Of a stretch of DNA of 64,000 nt, positions 52,437-61,680 are shown one piece after another. Made by a program: the position numbers and the translations under genes. Position 1 is the stretch's first letter. Each line of letters starts with the position of its first letter. The notes under the pieces are model-generated. The model was not told the origin of the DNA. It saw only the letters and a list, made by a program, of their open reading frames with translations, and ran no database searches. The DNA is from a phage. The stretch lies in the NCBI GenBank assembly GCA_029742005.1, contig GCA_029742005.1_4113.1; one strand, written 5' to 3'.

Positions 52437-53564
52437 TCAAAAAGGTAAATCAATTTGCTTAGTAATAATAGTATCTAACGGTATTGAACACAATGAGAAA
52501 TTCTTTCCACCCGTATTTTCAGGATTATATCCATTCATCCATACATTATTACCTTCGTAAAATGTATTCCAGTATAAAGCCCCACTATATCGTGTATTCG
52601 AATTGAACGATGGAAAGTTGAATTCTTGGAATGATGTAAAATATGGAATGGAACTTGAACTACTTCCCGTAAATGGGGTATACCCAGTTGCTATTAGTTT
52701 GTTTGTATCTGCATTAATTAAAAATACAACACTAGTCGAATAGTCCAACGAATCAGGATGATATATATTACTCATATCACCTATAGTAAAACCAACATCA
52801 AAAACTTTACTATGTGCACCACTACCAGCAAAAGTAGTTCCAGTTGCATATATTTTATTATCAGATGTTATCATTACAAAACCAACACCAGAAACAAAAC
52901 TGCATTTTATATCATAAGATATATCATCAAACAACGGAACAAATGTGGTTGCATCACCCGATGTTGCTTTAACTTGAAAGCTGTTATTTGAACCTGAACC
53001 ATATACAGTTCCATCGTTTTTAATCTTAAACAATGTATCGCCAAGGTAACCGCCAAATATATTATCCACATTAGTGTCAAGTACAGTCCACGCTGAAACA
53101 TAATTTTTATGTCCTAAACCTAATGCACCACTTCGATTCCATCCTCTTCCATAAAGTGTTCCGTCTTTCATTAATATAAATGCTGTATAACCACATAACA
53201 TTTTTTTAATTTGGGTAACATCTATACCAGTGAAATACACAGCCCAGTCAGTATATCCTTGTTGGAAAGTATCAGAATTCGTGAATGCATATGTTGGACC
53301 TGAACCATATATTTTATCACCTTTAATAACAACGGAAAACAATCCTAACCATAAGTCATCAACTTCAGTTGTGATTTGTTGAACTGCTCCTAACGATACA
53401 AACTTTGTACTTAAACCCGCATTATAGTTTGAATCTTCACCGTGTGCATATACAGTGCCATCTTGCATTAGAAACATTTCAAGAGTGCCACTAACAACAC
53501 TTTTCTTTATATTATTAACTTCGATTATATTCCCATAATCAAACATTCTAACAAAAGGTAACAT
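52437..53564 (-). CDS. RCC1-like beta-propeller repeat protein, array member 8 (close paralog of member 5)
   Basis: N-terminus MLPFVRMFDYGN; C-terminus ITKQIDLPF. Confidence 0.7.
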   Translation of the reverse strand: MLPFVRMFDYGNIIEVNNIKKSVVSGTLEMFLMQDGTVYAHGEDSNYNAGLSTKFVSLGAVQQITTEVDDLWLGLFSVVIKGDKIYGSGPTYAFTNSDTFQQGYTDWAVYFTGIDVTQIKKMLCGYTAFILMKDGTLYGRGWNRSGALGLGHKNYVSAWTVLDTNVDNIFGGYLGDTLFKIKNDGTVYGSGSNNSFQVKATSGDATTFVPLFDDISYDIKCSFVSGVGFVMITSDNKIYATGTTFAGSGAHSKVFDVGFTIGDMSNIYHPDSLDYSTSVVFLINADTNKLIATGYTPFTGSSSSSIPYFTSFQEFNFPSFNSNTRYSGALYWNTFYEGNNVWMNGYNPENTGGKNFSLCSIPLDTIITKQIDLPF

Positions 53565-53636
53565 AATTCCCTCCTTTATTCATTATACTTTATTTAATAC
53601 AAATAAGAATTCCTGTATCGAGTACTGGCATTCAAT

Positions 53637-54785
53637 TTATTGTAAAAAGGACATATCTACTTCTGTATAACTAAGAATGTTTTGACCAGCAATTCCACCC
53701 ATTACTACTATTGCATACCCACAATAATATAATTTCCCAGTGTCCGTAAGTATAAGTGAACCAGAAGGTGTTCTTACCAAATTACACGAACTATTAAAAG
53801 AAGTATACGAAGGAGTATAGGAGTACTGATTAATATTATTACCAACACCTAATTGACCACCCCTATTCGAACCAGATGCATAAAGTACTTCATCTGCTTT
53901 GACAATATGTGATGCCATGTTAGCAACACATGCATATACACCATATACCCCTGTACTCAATAATGTAGGAGTCTTGTATTGAATATCAGTACTAGTAGAT
54001 GTTCCACCTGTGCCAAATTCATTACCATATTGTGCTCCGTACTGCTTCCCACATGCGTACAAATTATTATCCGATTTGATAAAAAATGTACTCTGATAAC
54101 TTACATCAAAATCTATAACATCCGAAGAAATCATCGTTACCCCAGTAATCGAAGTTTGATTACCAGTACCCAACTGGTAGTAATAGTTAAAACCACAACC
54201 CCATAAAGTATTATCTTCTTTTAGGTATATGTTACCAACTGCCTTTTTAACCGAAGTTATAGTATCTACCCTTTTGAATGTGTTAAAAGAATTAATGTTT
54301 GTACCATCACCAAATGATGATAGGTTCGAGTTATTGTTAACTCCACAACAATACAACGTACCATCGTTTGTTATCAAATTCACCTTCATATCATTAAAAC
54401 TACTCATGTATTTTATATCAGAAACATTAATACCACCTGATGTTATCCATGTAGTACAGTCCGTCCATAACGTCTTCCTATCAGTTACCCCAGTAAATGC
54501 CTTCGTGTTACCAGTGATAAACACTTTACCAGTACCCTTTTCTTCATACAATTGACAATCACTACTGTTATCTTCCAATAAAACCCTCTGTACATTCTCT
54601 GCACAAAGAATAAATTTACTCGATGCTACACCTGTTCCAGTACCCCAATTCGTCGCAGAAGATGCATACAACTTATGTGTTAGTGTATCATGCAAATACA
54701 TAGAACCACTAGAATATATTTTAAAACGCCCAGAGTTGGTAGGTGCTTCATTCCCATAATCAAACATTCTAACAAAAGGTAACAT
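53637..54785 (-). CDS. RCC1-like beta-propeller repeat protein, array member 9
   Basis: Start at MLPFVRMFDYGN; C-terminus YTEVDMSF. Confidence 0.7.
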   Translation of the reverse strand: MLPFVRMFDYGNEAPTNSGRFKIYSSGSMYLHDTLTHKLYASSATNWGTGTGVASSKFILCAENVQRVLLEDNSSDCQLYEEKGTGKVFITGNTKAFTGVTDRKTLWTDCTTWITSGGINVSDIKYMSSFNDMKVNLITNDGTLYCCGVNNNSNLSSFGDGTNINSFNTFKRVDTITSVKKAVGNIYLKEDNTLWGCGFNYYYQLGTGNQTSITGVTMISSDVIDFDVSYQSTFFIKSDNNLYACGKQYGAQYGNEFGTGGTSTSTDIQYKTPTLLSTGVYGVYACVANMASHIVKADEVLYASGSNRGGQLGVGNNINQYSYTPSYTSFNSSCNLVRTPSGSLILTDTGKLYYCGYAIVVMGGIAGQNILSYTEVDMSFLQ

Positions 54786-54827
54786 ATTTCCTCCTTTATT
54801 CATTATATCATATTTACCCCATAACCC

Positions 54828-54856
54828 TTGACATCCTTTCAGTACTGGTGTACTAT
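54828..54856 (+). promoter_or_regulatory. sigma-70-like promoter at strand-switch, driving the plus-strand small-gene array
   Basis: TTGACATCCTTTCAGTACTGGTGTACTAT. Confidence 0.5.
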
Positions 54857-54881
54857 AGAAGGAATATAAGGAGAACTACAC

Positions 54882-55109
54882 ATGACAGCTACACTTAAGT
54901 ACTACATTAATACTCTAAATGAACTAGAGTACGGTAAGTTTCTCGCGGATTGTTCGTGGCTAATAGAGCTAAAAACACATAACAGTACTGGATGTAACCT
55001 TATGCTGAACAATGCACTTGATACCCTTGTAGTGAGTATTTTACACAGCAACATCTGCGGGAATAGCAATAAACAATTATCAAAAATCTTAGTACTGGTA
55101 GCTATATGA
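54882..55109 (+). CDS. small hypothetical protein, first gene of small-paralog array
   Basis: ORF track; AAGGAGAA RBS. Confidence 0.5.
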   Translation: MTATLKYYINTLNELEYGKFLADCSWLIELKTHNSTGCNLMLNNALDTLVVSILHSNICGNSNKQLSKILVLVAI

Positions 55110-55318
55110 ACACTATGAACATTAAACAGTACTACATCGATGCACTACCAACAAAAGGTCTACGAGAAAGCCTACTGTATACACAAAATAATTTTATACA
55201 CTACAAACGTTATCCTAAACTCCTGAACTCGTACAGGAATAATAACATAAGAAATGCTTTACAAGGGGTAGAAAGTATGCAATACTATTACATCCTTACC
55301 CTTTTAATCGAGTACTAA
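55106..55318 (+). CDS. small paralog-array protein (YY-N-term, LLIEY C-term)
   Basis: ORF track; coupled start. Confidence 0.5.
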   Translation: MNTMNIKQYYIDALPTKGLRESLLYTQNNFIHYKRYPKLLNSYRNNNIRNALQGVESMQYYYILTLLIEY

Positions 55319-55319
55319 T

Positions 55320-55505
55320 ATGTATAAAGAATTCTACTGTAGTAAGCTGCACAAGCAATACCGAGATTCATTCCCCAATGAACCTATGGACATGAATAGT
55401 CCATTTTATAAATTTGACTTCAGACTGGAGACACGTTATGCAATAGAACATCAATTTCCTGAAACTAAGTACTTATCTATCATGAACCTCATCTTTAAGT
55501 TCTAA
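55320..55505 (+). CDS. small paralog-array protein
   Basis: ORF track. Confidence 0.5.
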   Translation: MYKEFYCSKLHKQYRDSFPNEPMDMNSPFYKFDFRLETRYAIEHQFPETKYLSIMNLIFKF

Positions 55506-55516
55506 AAGAGTACTAT

Positions 55517-55729
55517 ATGAAAACTATGAACATTCATCAGTACTACTTAGATATTCTCCCTAAAGATGTGCAGAACATCCTTAAACAAGAATTCAGTACT
55601 TTAAAAAACCTTAAAAGATCCGCACCGAATGTACTCATCCTGCACCAAATAAATGTAGTTGATAATATTCTACAAGGTGTACCAGGAACCGAGTACTTTA
55701 ATATAGTAAGGCTAATTACATTACAATGA
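55517..55729 (+). CDS. small paralog-array protein
   Basis: ORF track; similar to 55106..55318. Confidence 0.5.
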   Translation: MKTMNIHQYYLDILPKDVQNILKQEFSTLKNLKRSAPNVLILHQINVVDNILQGVPGTEYFNIVRLITLQ

Positions 55730-55911
55730 ATCATATAAGCTACTATTACCAAAAACTATCCGACCGAGACAAGTACAGCCACAACTCCCATGTATGGTAC
55801 TACAAACGCGGTAGTATAAGGGACAAACAACATTACTTCTGTACTGCTATAAAAGAAAAACTAACAACTAAGTACACGTACAGAGCAGTACTGAAACTTA
55901 TTGATATGTAA
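55726..55911 (+). CDS. small paralog-array protein
   Basis: C-terminus KYTYRAVLKLIDM. Confidence 0.5.
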   Translation: MNHISYYYQKLSDRDKYSHNSHVWYYKRGSIRDKQHYFCTAIKEKLTTKYTYRAVLKLIDM

Positions 55912-55921
55912 AGAGAATACT

Positions 55922-56107
55922 ATGAATACATTTGAGTACTATACAAATAAACTATCTATGCCAGAAAGATCTCATCTCTATGTGTGGAGAAATGCGTATA
56001 AAAGCGGCAATAAACTTATACAAAGAAATTCCCTTACAGTGTGTACAAATTTAATTAAAGCAGAGTACCGCACATATATTGAAGTACTGAAACTAATCTC
56101 TATCTAA
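55922..56107 (+). CDS. small paralog-array protein
   Basis: Internal ATG (MNTFEYY); C-terminus YIEVLKLISI. Confidence 0.5.
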   Translation: MNTFEYYTNKLSMPERSHLYVWRNAYKSGNKLIQRNSLTVCTNLIKAEYRTYIEVLKLISI

Positions 56108-56115
56108 GGTACTCT

Positions 56116-56295
56116 ATGCAAGAATTCTATATCTATAAACTTCAGCACAAAGATAGATACAACTATAATAAATTCCAAAGGTACTACACAGTCGGGAACA
56201 AAAGAGATAAAAAACGATACTTTCTATCATGTACAGTAGAAGCACAAAACGAAAAGTACACGTACAGAGAAGTACTGAAACTCATCTCAATCTAA
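56116..56295 (+). CDS. small paralog-array protein (59 aa)
   Basis: Manually read ORF below track cutoff; C-terminus KYTYREVLKLISI. Confidence 0.45.
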   Translation: MQEFYIYKLQHKDRYNYNKFQRYYTVGNKRDKKRYFLSCTVEAQNEKYTYREVLKLISI

Positions 56296-56303
56296 GGAAT
56301 AAT

Positions 56304-56483
56304 ATGCAAGAATACTATATAGAACACATAAGCATTAAAGACCGTTTCATGTACGACACCTTCGTGAAGTACTACAACCTGGCAACTAACAGTACTAAAA
56401 ATATTAATCTCAATAGCTGCATTCATCAGGCACTAACAAAAGATAATCCCTTCAGGGAAATCCTCGCTCTCGCATCTGTATAA
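56304..56483 (+). CDS. small paralog-array protein
   Basis: Internal ATG (MQEYYIEH) after AAGGAA RBS. Confidence 0.5.
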   Translation: MQEYYIEHISIKDRFMYDTFVKYYNLATNSTKNINLNSCIHQALTKDNPFREILALASV

Positions 56484-56494
56484 AGGAATCTAAT

Positions 56495-57154
56495 ATGAAA
56501 CTTAATGCACACAGTAAACAATACCTTAAGCACTTTAAGTACCTCAACAGTATTCAAGCAGAATCTTTTACACCAACATATACTTACGACCCGTGTGTAC
56601 TAAAGAAACGAAATAAAAAGAAAAAATCCAGAAATGTTCTCGTATCTAAGAACCTCAAATCGTACTTGAAGAAAAATAATATAGCTCTTGCTTTTATTAA
56701 TATCTATAATACTGATTTAAAAGTATTGAGTACTAATACCAGCACAAAAGCACTAAAGAATGCATCTATCTATATACACATGGATAATATCCCGTGTACT
56801 ATAATTCTATCTTTCGGGAATGTATACTTCTTCGGGAATTGTAATAGCACCCATGATATCAGTACTGCACAATTCCAAATCGGCGATATGTACTGCATGG
56901 GTTCAGAAAAAATACACGATAACATGCACTTCTTCCAAAAGCAACGTACTAACGAAACTGATACAGTACTGCAATTCCTCAAAGAATTACAAGGCAAAGA
57001 ATTATCAGAAGAAGATCTATTCATGTACAGTACTGTAATCGATAATCCAGAACTCTATAAAAACGCGTACAATCTAACAAAACATGTACAGGAACTTATC
57101 AGTACTGATAAGAAATTTCATCACCTCATTACGTATATTTCAAACTATGTATAA
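56495..57154 (+). CDS. hypothetical protein (219 aa) embedded in small-paralog array
   Basis: ORF track; AAAGGAA RBS. Confidence 0.55.
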   Translation: MKLNAHSKQYLKHFKYLNSIQAESFTPTYTYDPCVLKKRNKKKKSRNVLVSKNLKSYLKKNNIALAFINIYNTDLKVLSTNTSTKALKNASIYIHMDNIPCTIILSFGNVYFFGNCNSTHDISTAQFQIGDMYCMGSEKIHDNMHFFQKQRTNETDTVLQFLKELQGKELSEEDLFMYSTVIDNPELYKNAYNLTKHVQELISTDKKFHHLITYISNYV

Positions 57155-57329
57155 AGAATACTACAAAGATAAAATCCCAATGCATCTACAACACCATATA
57201 CCAAACGTTGCATTGGGTATCAAAGATCACGCAAAGATAATGTTCCAACAATGTACTAAGTACACGCTCATATACGATGATAATCCATATATGCTGTACT
57301 ACGTAGTAATGCTAACATTCAGGTACTAA
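57147..57329 (+). CDS. small paralog-array protein
   Basis: Internal ATG (MYKEYYKDK) overlapping previous stop; C-terminus VVMLTFRY. Confidence 0.5.
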   Translation: MYKEYYKDKIPMHLQHHIPNVALGIKDHAKIMFQQCTKYTLIYDDNPYMLYYVVMLTFRY

Positions 57330-57330
57330 T

Positions 57331-57510
57331 ATGAATACTTATAAAGAATTCTACCTCTCGTACCTTAATTCCGATATAGTAACATCCAATACATTCAGTA
57401 CTAAAATTATCTATAATGAATTAATGAAAGAATGTATTAACGGTGCTATTAACCCTAAAGATACGTATGACTTGTACTATGCAGTACTAACCCTTGTTTT
57501 CACGAAATAA
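57331..57510 (+). CDS. small paralog-array protein (59 aa)
   Basis: Manually read ORF below track cutoff (MNTYKEFY...); TAATATG junction. Confidence 0.45.
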   Translation: MNTYKEFYLSYLNSDIVTSNTFSTKIIYNELMKECINGAINPKDTYDLYYAVLTLVFTK

Positions 57511-57518
57511 CACATAAT

Positions 57519-57710
57519 ATGAATAACCACAAAGAATACTACATAGAGAAACTCCCAATGTATCTCCAACACCTTGTACCAACAGAACCATTGGGTATAG
57601 AAAAAAACTACGAAAAAGACTACTTCATTCAGTGCACTAAATCCTCGATATATATTGAAGACTATAATCGAGTACTGTATCACATCCTTTTACTAATATA
57701 TAGGTACTAA
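57519..57710 (+). CDS. small paralog-array protein
   Basis: MNNHKEYYIEKLP ... LLLIYRY. Confidence 0.5.
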   Translation: MNNHKEYYIEKLPMYLQHLVPTEPLGIEKNYEKDYFIQCTKSSIYIEDYNRVLYHILLLIYRY

Positions 57711-57711
57711 T

Positions 57712-57894
57712 ATGCACAAAGAATACTACACACAATTTCTCCCCAGCATTTTTGAACACTACGCCAGATACAAAGTCCCTATGGATAACGATTTGGCAGT
57801 ACTGGGATTCAATAACTGCATAGAACGAAGTATAGAAAATAGTAGTAGTTATGACCAGCTATATAACACTATCCTACTTATATTCAGGTACTAA
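57712..57894 (+). CDS. small paralog-array protein
   Basis: MHKEYYTQFLP ... ILLIFRY. Confidence 0.5.
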   Translation: MHKEYYTQFLPSIFEHYARYKVPMDNDLAVLGFNNCIERSIENSSSYDQLYNTILLIFRY

Positions 57895-57895
57895 T

Positions 57896-58081
57896 ATGCA
57901 TAAAGAATACTACACACAATTTGTTAAAGGGAACTACAAACATGCCGTACCCAGAACCCCTTTAAATTCTCATGACCCAAGTACTATATTCTTGTTTAAT
58001 GACGCAATACGTACAGTACTCAATACTAAAGATGAAGATGTGCAGTACGTATTCTTACTATTACTTATATACAGACACTAA
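57896..58081 (+). CDS. small paralog-array protein
   Basis: Internal ATG (MHKEYYTQFVKG); C-terminus LLLLIYRH. Confidence 0.5.
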   Translation: MHKEYYTQFVKGNYKHAVPRTPLNSHDPSTIFLFNDAIRTVLNTKDEDVQYVFLLLLIYRH

Positions 58082-58086
58082 CTAAT

Positions 58087-58296
58087 ATGAATAAAGAACA
58101 TAAAGAATTCTACTCCAAATACATAAGCCCCTCAGAACAAATGTTTCTAAGGACTACTCCACCTTTAAGTACTAATACATTTTTCGGCAGAGTATGCTAC
58201 AATAATTGTATTCAAATGACTTTAAACGCAAACGAAGATGGTAACAGTACTAACCTGTACTCAGGTATCATAGGTATACTATTCCTGTATGAATAA
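58087..58296 (+). CDS. small paralog-array protein
   Basis: MNKEHKEFYSKY ... Confidence 0.5.
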   Translation: MNKEHKEFYSKYISPSEQMFLRTTPPLSTNTFFGRVCYNNCIQMTLNANEDGNSTNLYSGIIGILFLYE

Positions 58297-58477
58297 TTAC
58301 AAAGACTTCTATTTGAATACACTACCTACTGTACTTTCTCTAAGTGCTCAATGTAAAATCCCGCTGGATAATGCTTACGCCAGATATAGCTATTCCATAA
58401 CTGTTAATCGATGTATAGAGAATCATTGCAGTACTAACCAGTACTATAACATAATCCTACTTATATTCAGGTACTAA
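58289..58477 (+). CDS. small paralog-array protein
   Basis: MNNYKDFYLNTLP ... ILLIFRY. Confidence 0.5.
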   Translation: MNNYKDFYLNTLPTVLSLSAQCKIPLDNAYARYSYSITVNRCIENHCSTNQYYNIILLIFRY

Positions 58478-58478
58478 T

Positions 58479-58625
58479 ATGAATAAAGAACATAAAGAAT
58501 TCTATATACGAAAACTAACATTCGTCCCCGTAAGAATATATAAAGAATGCGACCCAAGATTATACCTATGGCACTTCAATGAGTGCATAAAAGATTCTAT
58601 ATACCATAAGAACTATAAAGAATAA
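58479..58625 (+). CDS. small paralog-array protein, short variant (48 aa)
   Basis: Manually read ORF (MNKEHKEFYIRKL...); may be a truncated copy. Confidence 0.35.
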   Translation: MNKEHKEFYIRKLTFVPVRIYKECDPRLYLWHFNECIKDSIYHKNYKE

Positions 58626-58676
58626 TTGTGCTCAGTACTAACACTAGTACTATCATATTAATTAATAGAGAATACT

Positions 58677-58868
58677 ATGTATAAAAACTTCTATATAAGT
58701 AAACTAAAAGAAAATGAACAAGTATGGATTAGATCTATAATTCCACTGGCATTTAATAGATATGCATTTAACAGATGTACCGAGATTGCTATAGACCCTT
58801 ATAATATTAAAGAGAATGTACAGTATAATCAGTACTACTATATCTTAATGCTTATATATAGAAAGTAA
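58677..58868 (+). CDS. small paralog-array protein, last member
   Basis: MYKNFYISKL ... ILMLIYRK. Confidence 0.5.
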   Translation: MYKNFYISKLKENEQVWIRSIIPLAFNRYAFNRCTEIAIDPYNIKENVQYNQYYYILMLIYRK

Positions 58869-59506
58869 TTAAACACAAGTAGACAGGGGAAGCTCCTAGT
58901 GAACAACCTTTATGTACAGGCGAATTGTTAAAATTCAGCCTGGACAAATGCGATCACTAGGATTCTCCCCAGGCTAAACCCCGTAATCATAGGTAGTCAT
59001 AAGTAATCATATATAAACATTTATATGAGCACCGTAGAATCACAGAATGATTATATATGATTCAGTACTGATTAGTATAGACAAGATTGCTCAAGAATGC
59101 ACGGAAATGTGTGTGAATGATTCAGTACTGATATCCCACTAAGTAGGCAGAGGAAGTCTGCCGTACTTTTTAGTTTCCAAGCTCCTTTTCCATTTTTCAA
59201 ATTACATCAAATGTAATCAAAAGTAATCACGCAATGATTAGTACTGAATTATTACTTTCACCTTAATTTCAATGACCCCTTTACCCTTCGGGGTAAAATT
59301 CCATTACCCCTTGAGGCTCCAGCAAAAAGTTGGTTAGTACTCCATCCTAAATCTCGATCCTAAAAATTTTGGAGTACCTATGAAATAAAAGTTGGATCTT
59401 CGAAAGTTGAAATTTACGTTGGGACGTTTATGATTTGTGGGATATAATGATGTTTGTAGTCGGGTAGTTCTCAAGAATATCAGTACTGAATAATGAAAGA
59501 AAGCTA

Positions 59507-59533
59507 TTGACATTATGATTCAGTACTGTATAA
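59507..59533 (+). promoter_or_regulatory. sigma-70-like promoter inside the ORF-free region
   Basis: TTGACATTATGATTCAGTACTGTATAAT; no ORF downstream. Confidence 0.5.
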
Positions 59534-59920
59534 TGTTCTACATAGCTTCAAGGGGTGATGAGTTGCTGCGAACAATTCATTTACTCTACCTCCTGTCGTG
59601 AGACAGTACAGAAAAGATAGTTCCTCCTGTGGTGGTACATCTTTTTGAACCTCATATGAAAATCGTAATAACAGTACTGATATTAACAGAATGGTGTCAG
59701 TACTGATTTTAATCTAAAGCATTATGCCACCAGCACAAGCTGGTGGATTCCCTCTAACAGTATTCAGTACTACATGATAGTCTTCATCCTCCTAGGGTAA
59801 CATAGTGAGGGCTATGATGGCAGTACTGAATACTCCCTTTCAAAAGATAGATCTATGGTATAGTACTGACGGATTTTGGGCGTAGTTACCCTGGATGGAT
59901 TTTGGACGTAGATATGTCTA

Positions 59921-60060
59921 GCCCTCCAGAAGTCTGGAAGTAAAGATGGCTATCCATCTAGACGGCTAAACGGCTAGATTTCTGGATGGCTGGATGGCTA
60001 GACGTTTGGACGGCTAAACGGCTAGATGGTTACACGTCTGGAAGTATAGACGGCTAAATC
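59921..60060. repeat. cluster of short direct repeats (iteron-like)
   Basis: GACGGCTAAACGGCTAGAT x2, GTCTGGAAGTA x2, multiple GGATGGCT copies. Confidence 0.6.
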
Positions 60061-60220
60061 AAAATTTTATTTTGTTTTTTCCAATAGTTCCCCTACCGCG
60101 TGGGGATAGTTTCCCCGCAGTATCTGGAGTTAGATTTTTCTGAATCTGGAATCATTATCTTATAAACTGGGGGCAATGTCAACCGCCTGGACGGATATTT
60201 TTAAAAATTTTTTCAGTACT

Positions 60221-60295
60221 GAATTTTGGGCGTAACTATGCACCCGGTGGGCTATAGTCTTTCTCGACTTGATGGAACTATTATACAGTACTGAA
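60221..60295. repeat. ~70-bp repeated element, copy 1
   Basis: GAATTTTGGGCGTAACTATGCACCCGGTGGG...; related copies at 60436 and 63774. Confidence 0.5.
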
Positions 60296-60435
60296 AAAAT
60301 AAAGCAATACCCTGGAAGCAAAAAAGTTTTAATTAATTTGCTTGCCATCCTGGGCCGTACTATGGTACTATATTTCAGTACTGAGAAAGTGCGTTTACCT
60401 GCTAGGGTGCGGGAGTGTATCCTTTTTTTATATCT

Positions 60436-60505
60436 TGAATTTTGGGCGTAATTCCGCACCCTCTGGGGTTTCCGCTTTCTCGCGTCTATGTAGTAATTAT
60501 ACGCT
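60436..60505. repeat. ~70-bp repeated element, copy 2
   Basis: GAATTTTGGGCGTAATTCCGCACCCTCTGGGG...TAGTAATTATACGC. Confidence 0.5.
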
Positions 60506-60816
60506 TTTTCAGGATCAAGTCAATACCTAAAAACAAAATAATTGAAAATAATTTAACGCGTTTAAACGGCCCGTAACGCCCTGGAATGATTGGAATGGTG
60601 CAAATGTATAGCTTAGGTGTATTAATGCGTTAGAATGCGTCTGAGGCCGTTTTACGGGGTATGGGGATGATTTAGTGGATTGATTCAGTACTGAATGATA
60701 GTACTACTATATAGAAAGATAGTTCCCCTGGATGGTTGCAGTACTGAATGATAGTACTGAATAATAGTTCCCCTATATAGAAAGAAAACTATTTTAAAAG
60801 TATTTGTAGAAAGTAC

Positions 60817-60876
60817 TTGCAAACTATGTTTAACGGCGTATAATGTTTTACATCGAGAGCGGGAACACTTCCCGCT
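60817..60876 (+). promoter_or_regulatory. class C cassette: sigma-70-like promoter plus GC-rich leader hairpin
   Basis: TTGCAA-N16-TATAAT then hairpin GCGGGAAC...TTCCCGC. Confidence 0.6.
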
Positions 60877-60899
60877 ACACTTTAAGAGAGATTAATACG

Positions 60900-61262
60900 A
60901 TGGCGACTCAAATCACTAAAATCATGCTTAACCTGGTAAACTTCCGCGATGAGATGAAAGGTCTTCCGGCTGAAACTGTAAAAATTCACATTGCAGCTTA
61001 TCGGGAACTTATTGCAATGTTGCCGCTTAAGCGTGAACAATACGCCGCTACTTTGATGCTTGATTCAATGATCCATATAATGATCTCAAATGATTTAACG
61101 ATGGTTTATCAGTATATGGGTGAATTGTTCGCGGTGTATAGTAAACCAGTACCAGGAATGGAAAGTACAGAAGTATTACACGGTTTAAATTTAAAACAAG
61201 ATGCATGGGATAATATGCCTCGTTTCCTGGTATGGGCTGACAGTGGCAAGATTTACGAATAA
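60900..61262 (+). CDS. hypothetical protein
   Basis: Internal ATG (MATQITKIM) downstream of leader hairpin. Confidence 0.55.
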   Translation: MATQITKIMLNLVNFRDEMKGLPAETVKIHIAAYRELIAMLPLKREQYAATLMLDSMIHIMISNDLTMVYQYMGELFAVYSKPVPGMESTEVLHGLNLKQDAWDNMPRFLVWADSGKIYE

Positions 61263-61276
61263 GTTTTAGAAAGTAC

Positions 61277-61335
61277 TTGCAAACTAAGTTTAAAAGCGTA
61301 TAATGTTTTACATCAGGTGGGGAATAGTTCCCCAC
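61277..61335 (+). promoter_or_regulatory. class C cassette: promoter plus leader hairpin
   Basis: TTGCAA-N16-TATAAT then GTGGGGAA-TAG-TTCCCCAC. Confidence 0.6.
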
Positions 61336-61355
61336 TATATAAGAGGATTAAAAAA

Positions 61356-61595
61356 ATGGCTAAATCAAAAATGTTCTTGGGTCACAAAAACAAAACTCAT
61401 TGGAATGTAAGCCTTTGGATTAATAACGATGAGTCATTGTACCGGTTGGCCCAGGACTTTATTGCCGCCAATACTAATCGCAATGATGCGGCCCGTCATA
61501 TGATGTTATTTTTAGAACAGACTGGACAATATAAAACACCGGACGGATTCAAATATAGCACTACTGCGATCCGTGCGGCGATGGTTGGAATGTAA
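61356..61595 (+). CDS. hypothetical protein
   Basis: ATG after AGAGGA RBS (MAKSKMFLG). Confidence 0.55.
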   Translation: MAKSKMFLGHKNKTHWNVSLWINNDESLYRLAQDFIAANTNRNDAARHMMLFLEQTGQYKTPDGFKYSTTAIRAAMVGM

Positions 61596-61680
61596 TAGAA
61601 TTTATTTAAAGTACTATCGCAAAAAATGATAGTACTTTATAATAGTGTTTTATTCATACACCAACGATAAGGGCAACAGC

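Noticed and set aside
43868-54555. Plus-strand ORFs nested within the minus-strand RCC1-like genes (e.g. 43868..44176, 44631..45033, 49109..49345, 54229..54555)
   Set aside because: Antisense to long paralogous genes with conserved termini; repetitive low-complexity translations.
44374-54803. MNKGG, MEILV and MFWYLV N-terminal extensions on RCC1-like ORFs in the track
   Set aside because: The upstream ATG lies within or before the AAGGAGG RBS; all paralogs align from MLPF, so the extensions are ORF-caller artefacts.
59921-60060. Possible CRISPR array in the direct-repeat block
   Set aside because: Repeats are short, irregularly spaced and of several types; no regular repeat-spacer periodicity.
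60160-60530. ORFs 60160..60459 (-), 60269..60451 and 60342..60530 in the repeat region
   Set aside because: They overlap each other and the repeated elements, with no RBS; most likely non-coding.
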